Below are positions 1 through 12,150 of a stretch of 28,407 nucleotides of DNA, in pieces. The DNA is from an uncultured Nitrososphaeraceae archaeon (GTDB lineage Archaea; Thermoproteota; Nitrososphaeria; Nitrososphaerales; Nitrososphaeraceae): NCBI GenBank assembly GCA_963837175.1, contig CAWIMJ010000027.1:1-28407 (forward strand), in the 5' to 3' direction. How positions within the stretch are numbered: the stretch's first letter is position 1; the number at the start of each line of letters is the position of its first letter. Below the pieces are notes generated by a model that saw only the letters and a list, made by a program, of their open reading frames with translations, had not been told where the DNA came from and searched no databases. Both the position numbers and the translations under genes were made by a program.

Positions 1-1074
1 ATAGTTGTTCGTTACTGAAGAAAAAGACGAATCTATCCAAATTATTGTCAGTACCTTTCCTTTTTTATTAATAGCTTATACTTGTAATAATAAACAATAT
101 TGCTGATTTGTTAAAGTGAGTTTTGATTTCTAAAAAAGATTGCTTAGAATAATAGTAATACTTGCCAAACGAAATAAAGATGGATATGTTCAAGATAACA
201 AAATTCAACATCTGCATCATCGGAATGCTGGTAGGAATAGGACTTATTAGTCTCCTTCCTTTTATGGGTTTAACATGCAGATGGGGCTGTACTCATGGCA
301 GTTAGGAAGATGAGATATTAAAGTATTCATCTTCCTATTTTATGCCTCTCTTGGGTACGTTTGTTTAAAACGTGTATTGCTGCAGATGAAAATTCAATTG
401 AATAGCATATTTTATTTTGTTTGTAATTTTTAAAGAATCAAAAGATAGAAAATAAAATGTTATTAAAATTAATCATGTATAAATGATGTTGCCCTAAGGA
501 TGTTCTAGTTCGAATAATAATAATAATACACTATCTCTATTCTTGTCATATTAAAGACTAATCATATTTCTCTTCATCTTCTAGTTCTTGTTCTTCTCTT
601 GATGTCTCTTTATCTTCTTTTTCCTCTTCTTGTTGGTTACTCATAAGTAGAAGGCCTAATAGGAGCATTGGTATATAACTATTATTATTTTGGATTATGT
701 CAAGTCTTCGGTTGATTTAATCTAAAATCATAATTATAAAAATTCGGTTGGTAGATGAGATTATTTCGGTGGTATATCTTTAATTGATGATTTGAGTTCG
801 ACTCAAGTTATAACTCCTCATTGGTTACTACCAACTATCAATAGTCATCCTTTATGGTTTTGCAAATGGAGCAGGTCAAGTGGGATTTGAGCTTTTAGTG
901 GTATATGAGGGTTCAACACTTTTTTCTTCTTATATTCCATTCTTCATATTGCAGTTAAAACATAATTCGTGACGTTCAATTAAATAGTGAAATAATAGTA
1001 ATATTTTTGTCAGGAATTATCATTATTGACTCCTATACAATACATAAATGCAGCTAATGCACAGGAGCAGAAAA

Positions 1075-1216
1075 AGCTTGTTCCAATATTTTGGCACCTA
1101 TAAGTGCATATGGAGACAAAGTATATATGACATGGTGGTACAACAAGACTCGTACTAGAAAGGTGTTTTTCAGAGGTAGTAGAGATGGTGGAAAAACTTT
1201 TGGTAAACAATTATAG
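1075..1216 (+). pseudogene. Remnant of an Asp-box (BNR/sialidase-like) secreted protein
   Basis: Manual translation gives ...APISAYGDKVYMTWWYNKTRTRKVFFRGSRDGGKTFGK. SRDGGKTF (1178-1201) matches the Asp-box SxDxGxTF/W. An ANAQ signal-cleavage-like segment lies upstream in another frame; there is no intact ORF. Confidence 0.6.
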
Positions 1217-1698
1217 TAAATGGTACTAGTGATGGAGCGCTCTTAGTATAGAAACGAAAGGATGTAAAATAAATTGATAGCATAATTATACCCAAGAAAT
1301 AAGAATTTTTTCTATGTGAAGTATATATAATATATACTAACAAACACCACCAGCCATGGGCCAATACGACAGTATGTCTTGGCAGATCTTTATTCATGGC
1401 TTGAAGCTCATTCTGGGTTTACATCTTTCACTCCTTCCTCCTCATCCCACTCTTCCTCTACTACAGCTCCAGGTTAGCACTAGTTCGATGGAATGTAAGA
1501 CAGATTTGACGTCAGGGTTTGGCCCACATTATGCAAATATAGAGACTTCAGAACAAAAGAATACATATAGTGGAGAAAGAGATGACAAATTTCATTATAT
1601 TTATCTACTATCTCTAATTATGCGGCAGTCGCAACATTAGGCTTTACATGTAAATGTCTAACTATATATTCAAGTATAATGATTCAATAAAAGAGAAC

Positions 1699-2040
1699 AT
1701 GCAACAAAAACAAAGACCTCTTGGTGTTACAATAATAGCAATATTGGCGATAATTGGCGGAATAGCATTGCTTAGTAGTGGAGCAGTTCTTATAGTGATT
1801 GGAGTCGGTGTCGTACTTATTCTGTTAGGCATAGCATATTTTGTTATGGCTTATGGTTTATGGAAAGGTAAGAGATGGGCCTGGACTATAACTTTGATAT
1901 TATCAGTGATAGGAATTATAAGCGGTATCTTTTCAATTACAACTCGTCACTATGAAGTAATAATTCATATAATTATAAATGCCGTAGTTATCTATTACTT
2001 ATACAGACCAAATGTCAAAGCATTTTTTGGTAAAGTATAA
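1699..2040 (+). CDS. Small multi-pass membrane protein (RPLGVTIIAIL...GLWKGKRWAW...YYLYRPNVKAFF type)
   Basis: ORF track 1654..2040 with about four hydrophobic segments. ATG 1699 is the more plausible start, with a TATA-like element about 30 bp upstream. Confidence 0.8.
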   Translation: MQQKQRPLGVTIIAILAIIGGIALLSSGAVLIVIGVGVVLILLGIAYFVMAYGLWKGKRWAWTITLILSVIGIISGIFSITTRHYEVIIHIIINAVVIYYLYRPNVKAFFGKV

Positions 2041-2360
2041 TCACCGGCAGTAAAATAGGACGCCCTCATGATTGGATAGTATGTAGTGCAACCTTGATGC
2101 TACAGTGAGTATGATGTATAAGGTTTGTATACCCTAACAGGAAGGAAGAAAGAAGCAAACGGAAAACAGTTCCACTATGCTTTTGGTACAAAACCTTCAT
2201 TTTCAATGCTGATCTAGCGATAATAATGCTTTCAACAATTTGTAAAGAATTGACATTATAAAGAAATTGCAATTACTCATAAATGCTACAGTAGCACAAA
2301 ATAATAATAATTGTTTTCTTAATACTATAATACTATATAATTATCATCAAATAATACGAA

Positions 2361-2807
<447 letters not shown>

Positions 2808-3299
2808 GTGATTGAATAAGCAACTCAATAAAAAGCCTTTACAAATTGTTTTAGAATTAATGTATATAATATTTCTTGTATTTGCCGCAATTCTGTAAAA
2901 ATAAAAACATTTTTGCAGTAATATAACTAACTGCTGGATTATACTGTGGTAAGGAATTATCCATGAAAAGGAGAGGTTACATCATGCAAGGATAGAACAT
3001 GAAAAAAGGGATTAGATTATCGAACCACAAAGACGAATATAAGCACAAGACACTAAAAGGTCTTCAAGGAGTAAACGGGCACATGAGAAACCTTGGTAAT
3101 AAATTTAATAATTTATTATTATATTTTCCATTATATTAAAGACTTTTAAAGAAATACTAACTTTAAGTAGAGTATATTTAAATAGATATCAGGAGTAATA
3201 GTAGAGTCAAATCTGCTTATATATTCTAAATTCGACATTAAAATTACAAGCTGATAATGATAATCTTTTAATCTCTATAAAGAAAATAAATGCTATTAT

Positions 3300-3671
3300 A
3301 TGGATGCTTATTATCGTGTTACTATAATTATTTTAGTTTCTATTGTTGCAATAGGTTTGGTTGCAATTCCCTTTGGAAATCCCAAATTCATTGATAGGGC
3401 AATTATTTTGGAATTATCATTTATTACACTGTCTGTTTTAGTATGGAAAGGATATAGTAAAGCACTATATCCTTGTATTCCATTAGCTCTTTTAGTCATT
3501 GTTGGAAATAGTCTTGCACCACCACATGTTCATCTTATGATGACATTTTCCAAACCAGTAAATGCAATTGTGCTGATTGTAGGTGGATATGTATTGCAAA
3601 TAGCTTTAATATACACTAGTTTAAGATCCATATTGAATATAAGTTCAAAGAGACTAACTGCAACACCATGA
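3300..3671 (+). CDS. Hypothetical membrane protein, about four TM helices
   Basis: 123-aa ORF with four hydrophobic stretches, 50 bp upstream of the co-oriented Rieske gene. Confidence 0.8.
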   Translation: MDAYYRVTIIILVSIVAIGLVAIPFGNPKFIDRAIILELSFITLSVLVWKGYSKALYPCIPLALLVIVGNSLAPPHVHLMMTFSKPVNAIVLIVGGYVLQIALIYTSLRSILNISSKRLTATP

Positions 3672-3721
3672 TCTTATCTATATCCTATTGTCTTTATAAA
3701 TAATAGGAAGAATGAAACCAC

Positions 3722-5588
3722 ATGACTAATTCAAAAATAGGTGATAATTCTCATTATGTATTTGCTGCCAATATATCAGATATACAAGCTGCTGGTGGAT
3801 GTCTTTCTGTACAGATTCAAAAGTATACGATTGCTCTTTTCTATTATGATTTTAAAGTACATGCAGTCGATAATAGATGTCCTCATATGGGTTTTCCTTT
3901 AAGCCGTGGCACTGTTAAAGATAGTATTCTTACTTGCCACTGGCATCATGCACGTTTTGACCTTACAAGCGGAGGAACATTTGATCAATGGGCTGGTGAT
4001 GTACGTTCTTTTCCTCTAGAGATTCGCAATGGAAATGAGGTATGGATAGACGTTTCTTCATCTTCATTGGATCCTCTTTCTTATCATCAAAAGCTATTAC
4101 AAAATGGACTTAAACAGAATATCTCCTTAATGATTGCCAAGGTGATTATTGCAATGTTAGGGGAAAAAAGGAAAGATAATGATGTAGATAAAGAAGATAA
4201 TGACAATAAAAGATATTCAGGTATAGCAAAAGCATTTCTTACTGGGCTTGATTTTGGTACTCACTATAAACAATCAGGATGGGGACAAGGATTAACAATA
4301 CTCAGCTGTATGATGAATATTCTATACTACCTTGATATCAAAGATAGACCCCATGCATTATACCATGGTCTTGCTGCTGTTGCACAGGATTGTGCTTCCA
4401 TGCCCCCCAGATTTGAACTATCTCCTTTACCGTCGTCTTGGCTTGACTTGCCCACACTTAAACGCTGGTTTAGACAATTTATCGAATCCCGTGATGCTCA
4501 AGCAGCTGAGAGATGTATTGTTACTGCCGTACGGCTTGGTGCTGATAGCTGCCAGATGGCTGATATGCTTTTTGCAGCAGCCACAGATCATCGTTATCTA
4601 GATATTGGACATGTTCTTGATTTTACTAATAAGGCATTAGAAGCACTTGATATAGCTGGATGGGATAATAAAGAATTAGTAGAATCTGTATTAAGTAGCC
4701 TTGTGTATGGGTATGCCAATGCTGAAAGAATGGAAGAATCTAGTTCATGGCGACATCCAGTAGACTTGATAGCAATTCTTGAATGCGCCTTCAGAGATCT
4801 CCCATCCGTATTAGAGAATGGCAGAAGCAAACAAACGAGAGAAAAAAAATGGAATGGCAAAGATCAATTAGTAAAGGTGTTATTATCTGATGATCCACAA
4901 TCAATATCTAATGAATTATTAAATGCCTTGAAAGGAGGAGCTAGTGAAGTATTATTGGCAAGTACTGTAGCATATGCTGCAGCCTTGCGTATAGCACAAT
5001 TCCATACACGTAATGAATTCGGTGATTGGGATACTGCACTACACACATTTACTTACACTAATGCTGTACATCAGGGATTAAGACGGGTTGCTACACAGGA
5101 GCTATTAAGAGGCGTATTTGATGGTGCAATGAGAGTCTATCTTAATCGTTTTTTGAATGTACCTGCTGTACCGCTCGCCAACGCCGACAATAATAGAAAA
5201 CAATAACAGTGGTAGTACATTTAAAGATCCTGAAAATTTGCTAAAAGAGTTTCCATTACTTTTGGATAAGCAACAGCAGGTAAATCAAGCAGGACAATTA
5301 GTAATAGATTATCTGTATAACGATGGAAATCCAGATCGACTTTTGGTTGTCATGGGAAATGTTTTACTACGTGAAGACCGCAACTTTCATTCTGTTCAGA
5401 TGATTGAAGCAGGTTTTCGACAATATTCTCTTCTATCTGTTCAAGATGCAGATGAACGGACGAACATTTTGATAGCAATAGCTAGATACCTAGCATCTCA
5501 TACGCCAACTATGCGTGTACAAGAACGAACATATCAGATAGCAAATCAACTTTATCAAGGAGAACGACTGTTTGAAGATCAACAGTAG
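3722..5588 (+). CDS. Rieske [2Fe-2S] domain protein with long helical C-terminal region; one frameshift at about 5197-5200
   Basis: CPHMG...CHWH Rieske motif at the N-terminus. ORFs 3722..5206 and 5157..5588 join (…DNNRNNNSGSTFKDPENLL…) if one A is removed from the A4 run. Confidence 0.88.
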
Positions 5589-5990
5589 GTTAGATTTAAA
5601 AATAAAATCATAAAAATTATGTCTTTCAAATTTCGTTTCCACTCTATATGCATATGGTTAGCAGATATGATCTTTTTACCTTCATTATGAATATTATTTT
5701 TATTTATCTCTAGAATTGCTCATACTCTTTTACTACGTTACTGGCTTGCCTCTTTATTTTTTTGAAATTTTCTCGATTGGTATAATATACAGTTTCTACA
5801 GAAGCTTTTATATGTCGTATTTCTACTTTGCCGCTTAGAATTTTTTGTTTATTGTTATATGAGTTAATAGAAATATGTTAGTGTTATTGATACTAGTTCT
5901 AATCAAGAACCAACCACACTGTATTGTTGGGTACACACAACCTTAAAATTGAAAATAGGTGAGCGATATAATATCAAGAAGAATTATAAA

Positions 5991-6935
5991 TCATTGAATT
6001 GACTTCTTTTTTGCAGTCTGGCATTTAGGACACCAATATGTTACACGGGAACTTGATTGCCTATCAATAGCAATCTTTGTACCACAAACCCAACATGGCC
6101 GACCTGTTCTTCGAAAAACCCAATGTCTAAATTCCCATTTATTTGATTCATCTCCTTGTTTCTTAGGTCTTGTACGGCCTGCACTCATATAACCCATTTT
6201 CAATACAGAAGGAATTTCTTGTATTAATTTTTGTTCTTCTAGTGGAGACAGATTATTTGCAAATCTAAAGGGATAAAGCTTTCGTAAAAACAATATTTCT
6301 GATTTATACTTGTTTCCAATACCTGCAACGAAGGTTTGATCTAATAACAAGTCAGCTAATTTCATCTCACCTCGTTTATGCAACCGATTTCGAACACTTT
6401 CAATATCGAATGTTGACTTTAACGCATCAGGACCGAGCTTTGCAATAGAAGTATGTTTTGATGGATCATTCATAGTGAAATGAAGGATAGGTCCATTAAA
6501 TTGGACAGCTACTTGAGCATGAGTGCTTAGGATAAGCCTTACTCGGGAGTCATTTCGAACATCTTTTACGGTTTCGTGAATTAATGATGATGAGGTGGTG
6601 TTGTTATTCAATTTGTTGTTGTTATTTTTTGTTATTTTCTGGTTTGACCAAACGATACGTCGAGGAGGTGGTTTTGATTTGCCATCATCAAATTCTTTTT
6701 TATCATATATTCGCCATTTTCCCCACATCATCATATGATTGTGAAGGTATACTCCAGATGTAAAGATGATAACAATATTTTTGCCATAGGTATCTATGGA
6801 TTTAACTTTGGAATCAATTATATTTTCTTTCATATTATCTTTTAATGTTTTACAATAAATATCTACAATCGTTTTTCCCAAAATAGCCTCAGATATTTTA
6901 TCTGCTGTACGTTTTACTTCTGGTCCTTCAGACAT
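5991..6935 (-). CDS. Fpg/Nei-family DNA glycosylase/AP lyase
   Basis: N-terminal (S)EGPEV, GK motif, H2TH motif LLDQTFVAGIGNKYKSEILF and C-terminal zinc finger CWVC...CPKCQ. Confidence 0.92.
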   Translation of the reverse strand: MSEGPEVKRTADKISEAILGKTIVDIYCKTLKDNMKENIIDSKVKSIDTYGKNIVIIFTSGVYLHNHMMMWGKWRIYDKKEFDDGKSKPPPRRIVWSNQKITKNNNNKLNNNTTSSSLIHETVKDVRNDSRVRLILSTHAQVAVQFNGPILHFTMNDPSKHTSIAKLGPDALKSTFDIESVRNRLHKRGEMKLADLLLDQTFVAGIGNKYKSEILFLRKLYPFRFANNLSPLEEQKLIQEIPSVLKMGYMSAGRTRPKKQGDESNKWEFRHWVFRRTGRPCWVCGTKIAIDRQSSSRVTYWCPKCQTAKKKSIQ

Positions 6936-6937
6936 TT

Positions 6938-8398
6938 TTATTTCTTGTGGTCTTTGTTTATTGTTGTTTTACCTAATGTATGTCTGAGAGCAAATTCTAA
7001 ATTGGAAAAACGGAACTGATAACCAGTCTTCTGCAGGATGCGACTTGGTACTACTCAGGTACTTGCAAGTAGAGATGCATCAGCGAGATCTCCAAATACT
7101 TTTTTAACAATAAAGGAAGGTATGGTAAATTTTGCTGGTTTTGATAGAATAGCTGCTAGCGTATTTGTAAAATCGGCATTAGTTACGGGATTTGGTGCCA
7201 CTGCGTTAATTGGACCTTTGATTGATTCATTATTAATAGTATGTAAAATAATTCCTAAAAGGTCATCTAACGAAATCCAGCTTATCCATTGTTTACCACT
7301 CCCTACTTTACCTCCCAATCTCATCTTAAATAGTGGAAGTATTTTTGCAAGTATACCTCCTGCAGCGCCCAAGACTACTCCTATTCTAATATTGATTACT
7401 CGAATTCCTGCTTGTTTTGCTATTTCTGTGGCGTTTTCCCATTGATAGCAAACTTCAGACAGAAAATCAAAAGAGTCAGCTGGAGGACTGTTGTCTTCAG
7501 ATAGAATCTCGTCTCCTATATTATTGCTGCCATAATATCCTGTCGCAGAAGCTGATACCAGTACTTTAGGTGGTTTATTAAGAGATGCTAGAGACTTGCA
7601 TAGAAATTTAGTGCTTTGTACTCTGCTTAATAGAATTCTTTTCTTTTTTTCTTTAGTCCACCTTCCATAGATATTTTCTCCTGCAAGATTTACTACTGCA
7701 TCTACTCCTTCTATTGATGGTAAATAAAGAGAACCTGATATAGGGTCCCAGGGAACAGACTTTTGAGCATTGTTCTCAAATTGTGGAGAAGGAGATCTGA
7801 GCAAACGTACTATTTTATTTCCTCCTGCAGTAAGAAAGGATGCCAAAGCTGAACCAATAAATCCCGTAGAACCTGTAAGAAGTATGGTCATAGGAATTAT
7901 ATTATTATTATTATCATCCCTCTTCCACCTTACAGAATTATTATGAATAGAAATATCCTGATTAGTTATTGTATGTCTGTACTCAAATATCTCCTTTAAT
8001 TTTTTCTTGACCATGGTTTGAGAAAATACTTTACCAAGAATTCCCAGAGGTAAAGAATATTCTATTCTATCTTCTAAGATAGAAGAGGCAGCATCTTTAG
8101 ATTCAAACAAATGAGTATGGCTCCATGAAGAAAAAGGTCCTGAGATTTGAATATCACGAAATTGTTTACCTTCTATGTAGTCGATATGTTTTAAAATCCA
8201 CGTAATACTGATAATATGTTTAATTAAGGGCATTTGAATAGTAACGTAACCACCGGTATCAATGTGTCCTTTTCTCTCTTTAACAATGAAAGGTTGCCAT
8301 GGTGGATTAAGTCGTTCAAAAGCACCGTCTCTACAATGCCAACCAAAGACTTGAGTTGAGGGAGCCGCAATACTACTGCAATAAACAAATAGTTCCAA
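6938..8398 (-). CDS. SRPBCC-domain + TIGR01777-family (YfcH-like) NAD-dependent epimerase/oxidoreductase; in-frame TGA at 7055-7057
   Basis: N-terminal WH...GAFERLNPPW...GPFSSWSHTH...DRIEYSLPLG, Rossmann TGSTGFIG, VVNLAGENI, SASATGYYG, GSGKQWISWI. The frame continues past the TGA (VVPSRILQKTGYQFRFSNLEFALRHTLGK) to a TAA at 6938-6940. Confidence 0.9.
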
Positions 8399-8465
8399 TA
8401 TGCTGTATTCCTAAATAAGGGAATAAAATAGTAAGGGTTAATTACAGTATAGATAAATATTTATT

Positions 8466-8666
8466 TTATCTTAGTTCCATAGCTACTTCTGGCTTCAATC
8501 TCTTTTTCTCTATCTCTTGTCTTACTAAGAGAGCTGTGACCATTGCCGATCCTCCGAGAATAACACTTGCTATTCCCATTATAGCTGTTCCATTAAAAGC
8601 GCCTGCGATAGTTATGCCCGCTGTACCCATTACCAAAGTCCATGGTATTTTATTTTTGATATTCAT
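8466..8666 (-). CDS. Small membrane protein (two Gly-rich hydrophobic helices)
   Basis: 66-aa ORF with ATG start and a TTTATATA box about 25 bp upstream on the minus strand. Confidence 0.65.
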   Translation of the reverse strand: MNIKNKIPWTLVMGTAGITIAGAFNGTAIMGIASVILGGSAMVTALLVRQEIEKKRLKPEVAMELR

Positions 8667-9404
8667 ACTGGATATTAAATACTCATAATATATAAAACTA
8701 GTGGTAATAAATGTTATCTAGTGCTAACTGACTAAAAGATCAAGACTTCAGCTTAGCAAATCATGTAGGACCGATTAATAAAGATAATTAGCATATCTCC
8801 GAACACTGACAATTTAGTTTAGATGGTTTAGTTTATACATCATACTCATCTCGTGTCTCATAGGATGATATTTATTCGGCCAATTTACCTACATAATATC
8901 TAGTAACGATTTTATCGCATATCATTTTATATACTTACGAATTTATAGTAACTAACGTTATGCAACAAAGAAAGACTTTGCTTAAGTCTACCTCCTATAG
9001 ATATATTTCTAATAATAACAATACTGAATTTGAAGGGAATAAATGTTGGTATTATAACTAGTAACAGTAATGACAAATCTGAACAAATATTAATTCAAAA
9101 GGGAGAGAATGAAACTCCATTTGTAAAATTAATACCAAGCAAAAAGATGAGCTGAGGGTTTTTAGAAGAATGAATACGTCAGATGCGAAAATTTCAAATA
9201 TTTATAAGGACAGGTATTTTGAATGACTAAGTGAATCAGCGAATTGTAATTTTAAAGAAAATTACTTTGTATGAGTCCTGTCATAACTATGAAATGAATC
9301 CTAGTACAGAATGAAGATGATTGGGATATTATTGTCCGTCCTAGGAGATCAGCACCAAGAGAAAACATAATAGCGTTGACAAAAGATGATAGAAAAGACT
9401 TCCG

Positions 9405-9683
9405 TTACCAGAATCTTAGCTTTGATTTTAAATATTTCAAAAGTATAATTAATGTCATCGCCCTTAGATTTCCCTCTATTTTATGACCTGTTAAAAACAA
9501 GCCAATTGCTATTGGAAATAAAATAATGCCAATTATAGGAGATAAGATATCTAGACTACCAAGATAATAACCTGCAAGTAGAGTGAATCCAATAGCATAA
9601 AGAGATAATCCTATAAGATGCAGGACTCTACTGATAGCATTTCTATGGGTGCTTTTTATTGCCTTAAATAGATTGAGTTGCAT
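9405..9683 (-). CDS. Small membrane protein, DUF962/Mpo1-like
   Basis: HRNAISRVLHLIG and GHKIEGN motifs flank two TM helices, resembling the His motifs of DUF962. Confidence 0.65.
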   Translation of the reverse strand: MQLNLFKAIKSTHRNAISRVLHLIGLSLYAIGFTLLAGYYLGSLDILSPIIGIILFPIAIGLFLTGHKIEGNLRAMTLIILLKYLKSKLRFW

Positions 9684-9836
9684 TATCGTTATATAATATC
9701 TCTTCTAACTCTCAATATAATAAAGCTTGCCTAGTAATTAAGATAATCCAATTTCATTCGATGGTTCCTACTTCATAACATCATTTACTAGTTTTCGTAT
9801 CTTTTTCCATACAAAAAGTCATTGACTAAGCAAATT

Positions 9837-9962
9837 TCCGTACACTCCATAGTTTTCCATACAAAACTCCGTACACTCCATAGTTTTCCATACAAAACTC
9901 CGTACAGTTTTCCGTACACTCCATAGTTTTCCATACAAAACTCCGTACAGTTTTCCGTACAC
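9837..9962. repeat. Nested tandem repeat: 3 x 31-bp unit (TCCGTACAC-TCCATAGTTT-TCCATACAAAAC), 2 x 12-bp TCCGTACAGTTT, plus a partial unit
   Basis: TCCRTA cores at 9837, 9846, 9856, 9868, 9877, 9887, 9899, 9911, 9920, 9930, 9942 and 9954, with an outlying copy at 9806. Confidence 0.95.
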
Positions 9963-10807
9963 TAGTGGGATGTGGAAAGTTGGTATACCTATCTTATATC
10001 TAGTCTACTATACATTACAGCTAATTATATAGTATTTTCTACACAAAACACAAACTGGATAAACAAAGAAGAAACTAAATATATCATCAACACAACTATC
10101 GATAGAATATTATAATGTCTTTTCATGCTGCTAGCCAAGCTTAATATCAAGCTGGATTGATTAAAGAAGAAAATACATCGGAATTACCTAGGTTTATAAT
10201 ATATCATATGTTATTTCAAATTTGTAAAAATCCAATATATCTTCTACTTTGATAAGACTAACAACATAAACCTCAATACGATCAGCATCAGCATCAGGAG
10301 CATATTCATCATTTACACTAGAGTTTTGAGCTAACTTATTAATATCTCACGATGGGCAGGATTTAGAGCAGAATGACCTGCCCACTATTGAAAATCGTGT
10401 TTTGTCAGATCATTTGTCATCTCTGTATTACAATATAATCACACAATTATCAGAATGTTTAAAGCGACAGGTGCATTGATTCACAGTCTTCAGAATTATT
10501 AGAGACAGAAGGAATTCTCTATCACAGTAGTAATAAAGTGTTATTATTCTAATGAGTGCATCTTCTAACTAATGTCGTATATATTGCTATGGAAACATCT
10601 ATCATATTCATTATAGTGTCATGAATTATTTTTTCTATAATACCGTTAAAAACTTAAAATTGAATCAAAAGGCATAACTACAATTTTTATCTTGCAGCAG
10701 AGCATAGTTTAATAAGACTCTGTTAATGGGATTCTTGTTATTTTTATCGTCTATCATTTTCATTTATTAGCAACATAAATATCTATGCTGTTCCCTACAA
10801 AATACCT

Positions 10808-11455
10808 TTAACTTTTTTGGTTTCTTGTTATTTCTTTATTATAGATCGGTGTCAATTTTTGTAGCTCATTTAGATATATGATGTATCTTTTATTAAACCC
10901 ATTACCATCTGCATCAAAGTATACATCTATATTATTTGGCTCTGTAATTCGTGCAAGCAATGTGAGAAGTTGTCTCACATCATTATCATACTTTAATGAG
11001 CTTTCATTCACAATTACAGATAGCAATTGAGTGAGTCTTCCATGCAATCCAAGAAGATAAAGAGAATGTGTAAGATATAATTTGGCATCCAAGATATCTC
11101 CTTCTAATGCTGTCAGACAAAAATCAAACAGAAGATTCCTTAAAGGCAAACCAGATCGACCTATATTTTGTATTTGTATGTGCTGTTGTTTACCTATTAT
11201 CTCTTCTACCGATGCATCTCTTAAGAATTTGTTGAAAAGTTTTACAATGTCTTTTAAGCTAACTGTATTTCTTCCTACTTCAATTATACCTAATCTTGTT
11301 GCAACACCATCTATGTCTTGGAACTGAAACTGTGAATCCATCGTTGTACCTTTTGAAAGTTTACTATTGCTTAAAATACTACTATCTATAGGTATATATT
11401 CTATTAACCTCTCTATCTCTTCAAAAATTGCTAATGTCATAAAACCTTCCCCCAT
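10808..11455 (-). CDS. Hypothetical protein
   Basis: 215-aa ORF with globular composition and no recognised motif. The true start may be 11495 or 11486 if the G5 run near 11450 has an extra base. Confidence 0.7.
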   Translation of the reverse strand: MGEGFMTLAIFEEIERLIEYIPIDSSILSNSKLSKGTTMDSQFQFQDIDGVATRLGIIEVGRNTVSLKDIVKLFNKFLRDASVEEIIGKQQHIQIQNIGRSGLPLRNLLFDFCLTALEGDILDAKLYLTHSLYLLGLHGRLTQLLSVIVNESSLKYDNDVRQLLTLLARITEPNNIDVYFDADGNGFNKRYIIYLNELQKLTPIYNKEITRNQKS

Positions 11456-11706
11456 TTATTTTAGTTTTATATTCATTTATTCTCATATTTCTCATTCTGA
11501 ATCTCGTGCCTTGAATTATCTATCTGTAGAGAATATGTTATGGATATATTAGCACTTTCAAATGTGCAGATTTAGAAGTTTGTATGCAAATATTTCCACA
11601 AACCAGAGAATATGTTATTCTGACACCAAATTGCACAAGATATAATATTTTTCAATATTATCTCGTATTGCAATAGTATATAATTATCTTCTTAGGTAGA
11701 TTGCCA

Positions 11707-11732
11707 GTGTGCGTGTGTGTGTGTGTGCGTGT
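11707..11732. repeat. (GT/GC)13 alternating purine-pyrimidine tract
   Basis: gtgtgcgtgtgtgtgtgtgtgcgtgt read directly. Confidence 0.9.
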
Positions 11733-11738
11733 CATCGA

Positions 11739-12150
11739 ATGAAAGAAAGAAAGAGAGGGGATAATAATAATAGTGTTTAATCTTCTATGATTATTACAAC
11801 AACAGGCAGCAGCCAAAGGCAAAATAAATAATAAAACTAGAGAGACAGGAAGAGGAGGCAATGAAGAGGAAAATATAGAAAAGTTTGGCCTTGAACTTTC
11901 ACAAAAAATAGTTAATGCAACTGAAGGAGGTCTGTTTGTATTCATACATAATGCAATGATATCCGATATCAAATTCAGTATGTTAAGGAGCATTATAGGA
12001 AGGTGAAAGTAGTTAAGTTAACACAGCCAATAAGAGCGACAAAAAACCTATAAGAAGATCATTGTATTCTATTACCCCAAAAGTTAAGAGATTGTTAAAC
12101 TGTTGGATGGCATTCGTTTCTGCATTATAGAATATCCTTCGTCCTCAGAT
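11739..12150 (+). pseudogene. Decayed hypothetical gene
   Basis: Protein-like frame LLQQQAAAKGKINNKTRETGRGGNEEENIEKFGLELSQKIVNATEGGLFVFIHNAMISD is bounded by stops and frameshifts; boundaries are approximate. Confidence 0.4.

Noticed and set aside
1010-1640. ORFs 1010..1210, 1170..1397 and 1356..1640
   Set aside because: No motifs; the first is antisense to the Asp-box remnant and the others look like chance ORFs.
2925-3100. Possible C2H2 zinc-finger remnant (YCGKE / HEKERLHHARIEH)
   Set aside because: The pieces are in different frames and too short to support a call.
9837-9962. Possible CRISPR array
   Set aside because: Units are contiguous with no unique spacers, and there are no cas genes in the window.
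10353-10384. TGGGCAGG...CCTGCCCA hairpin
   Set aside because: An isolated 8-bp stem with no recognisable RNA family or terminator context.
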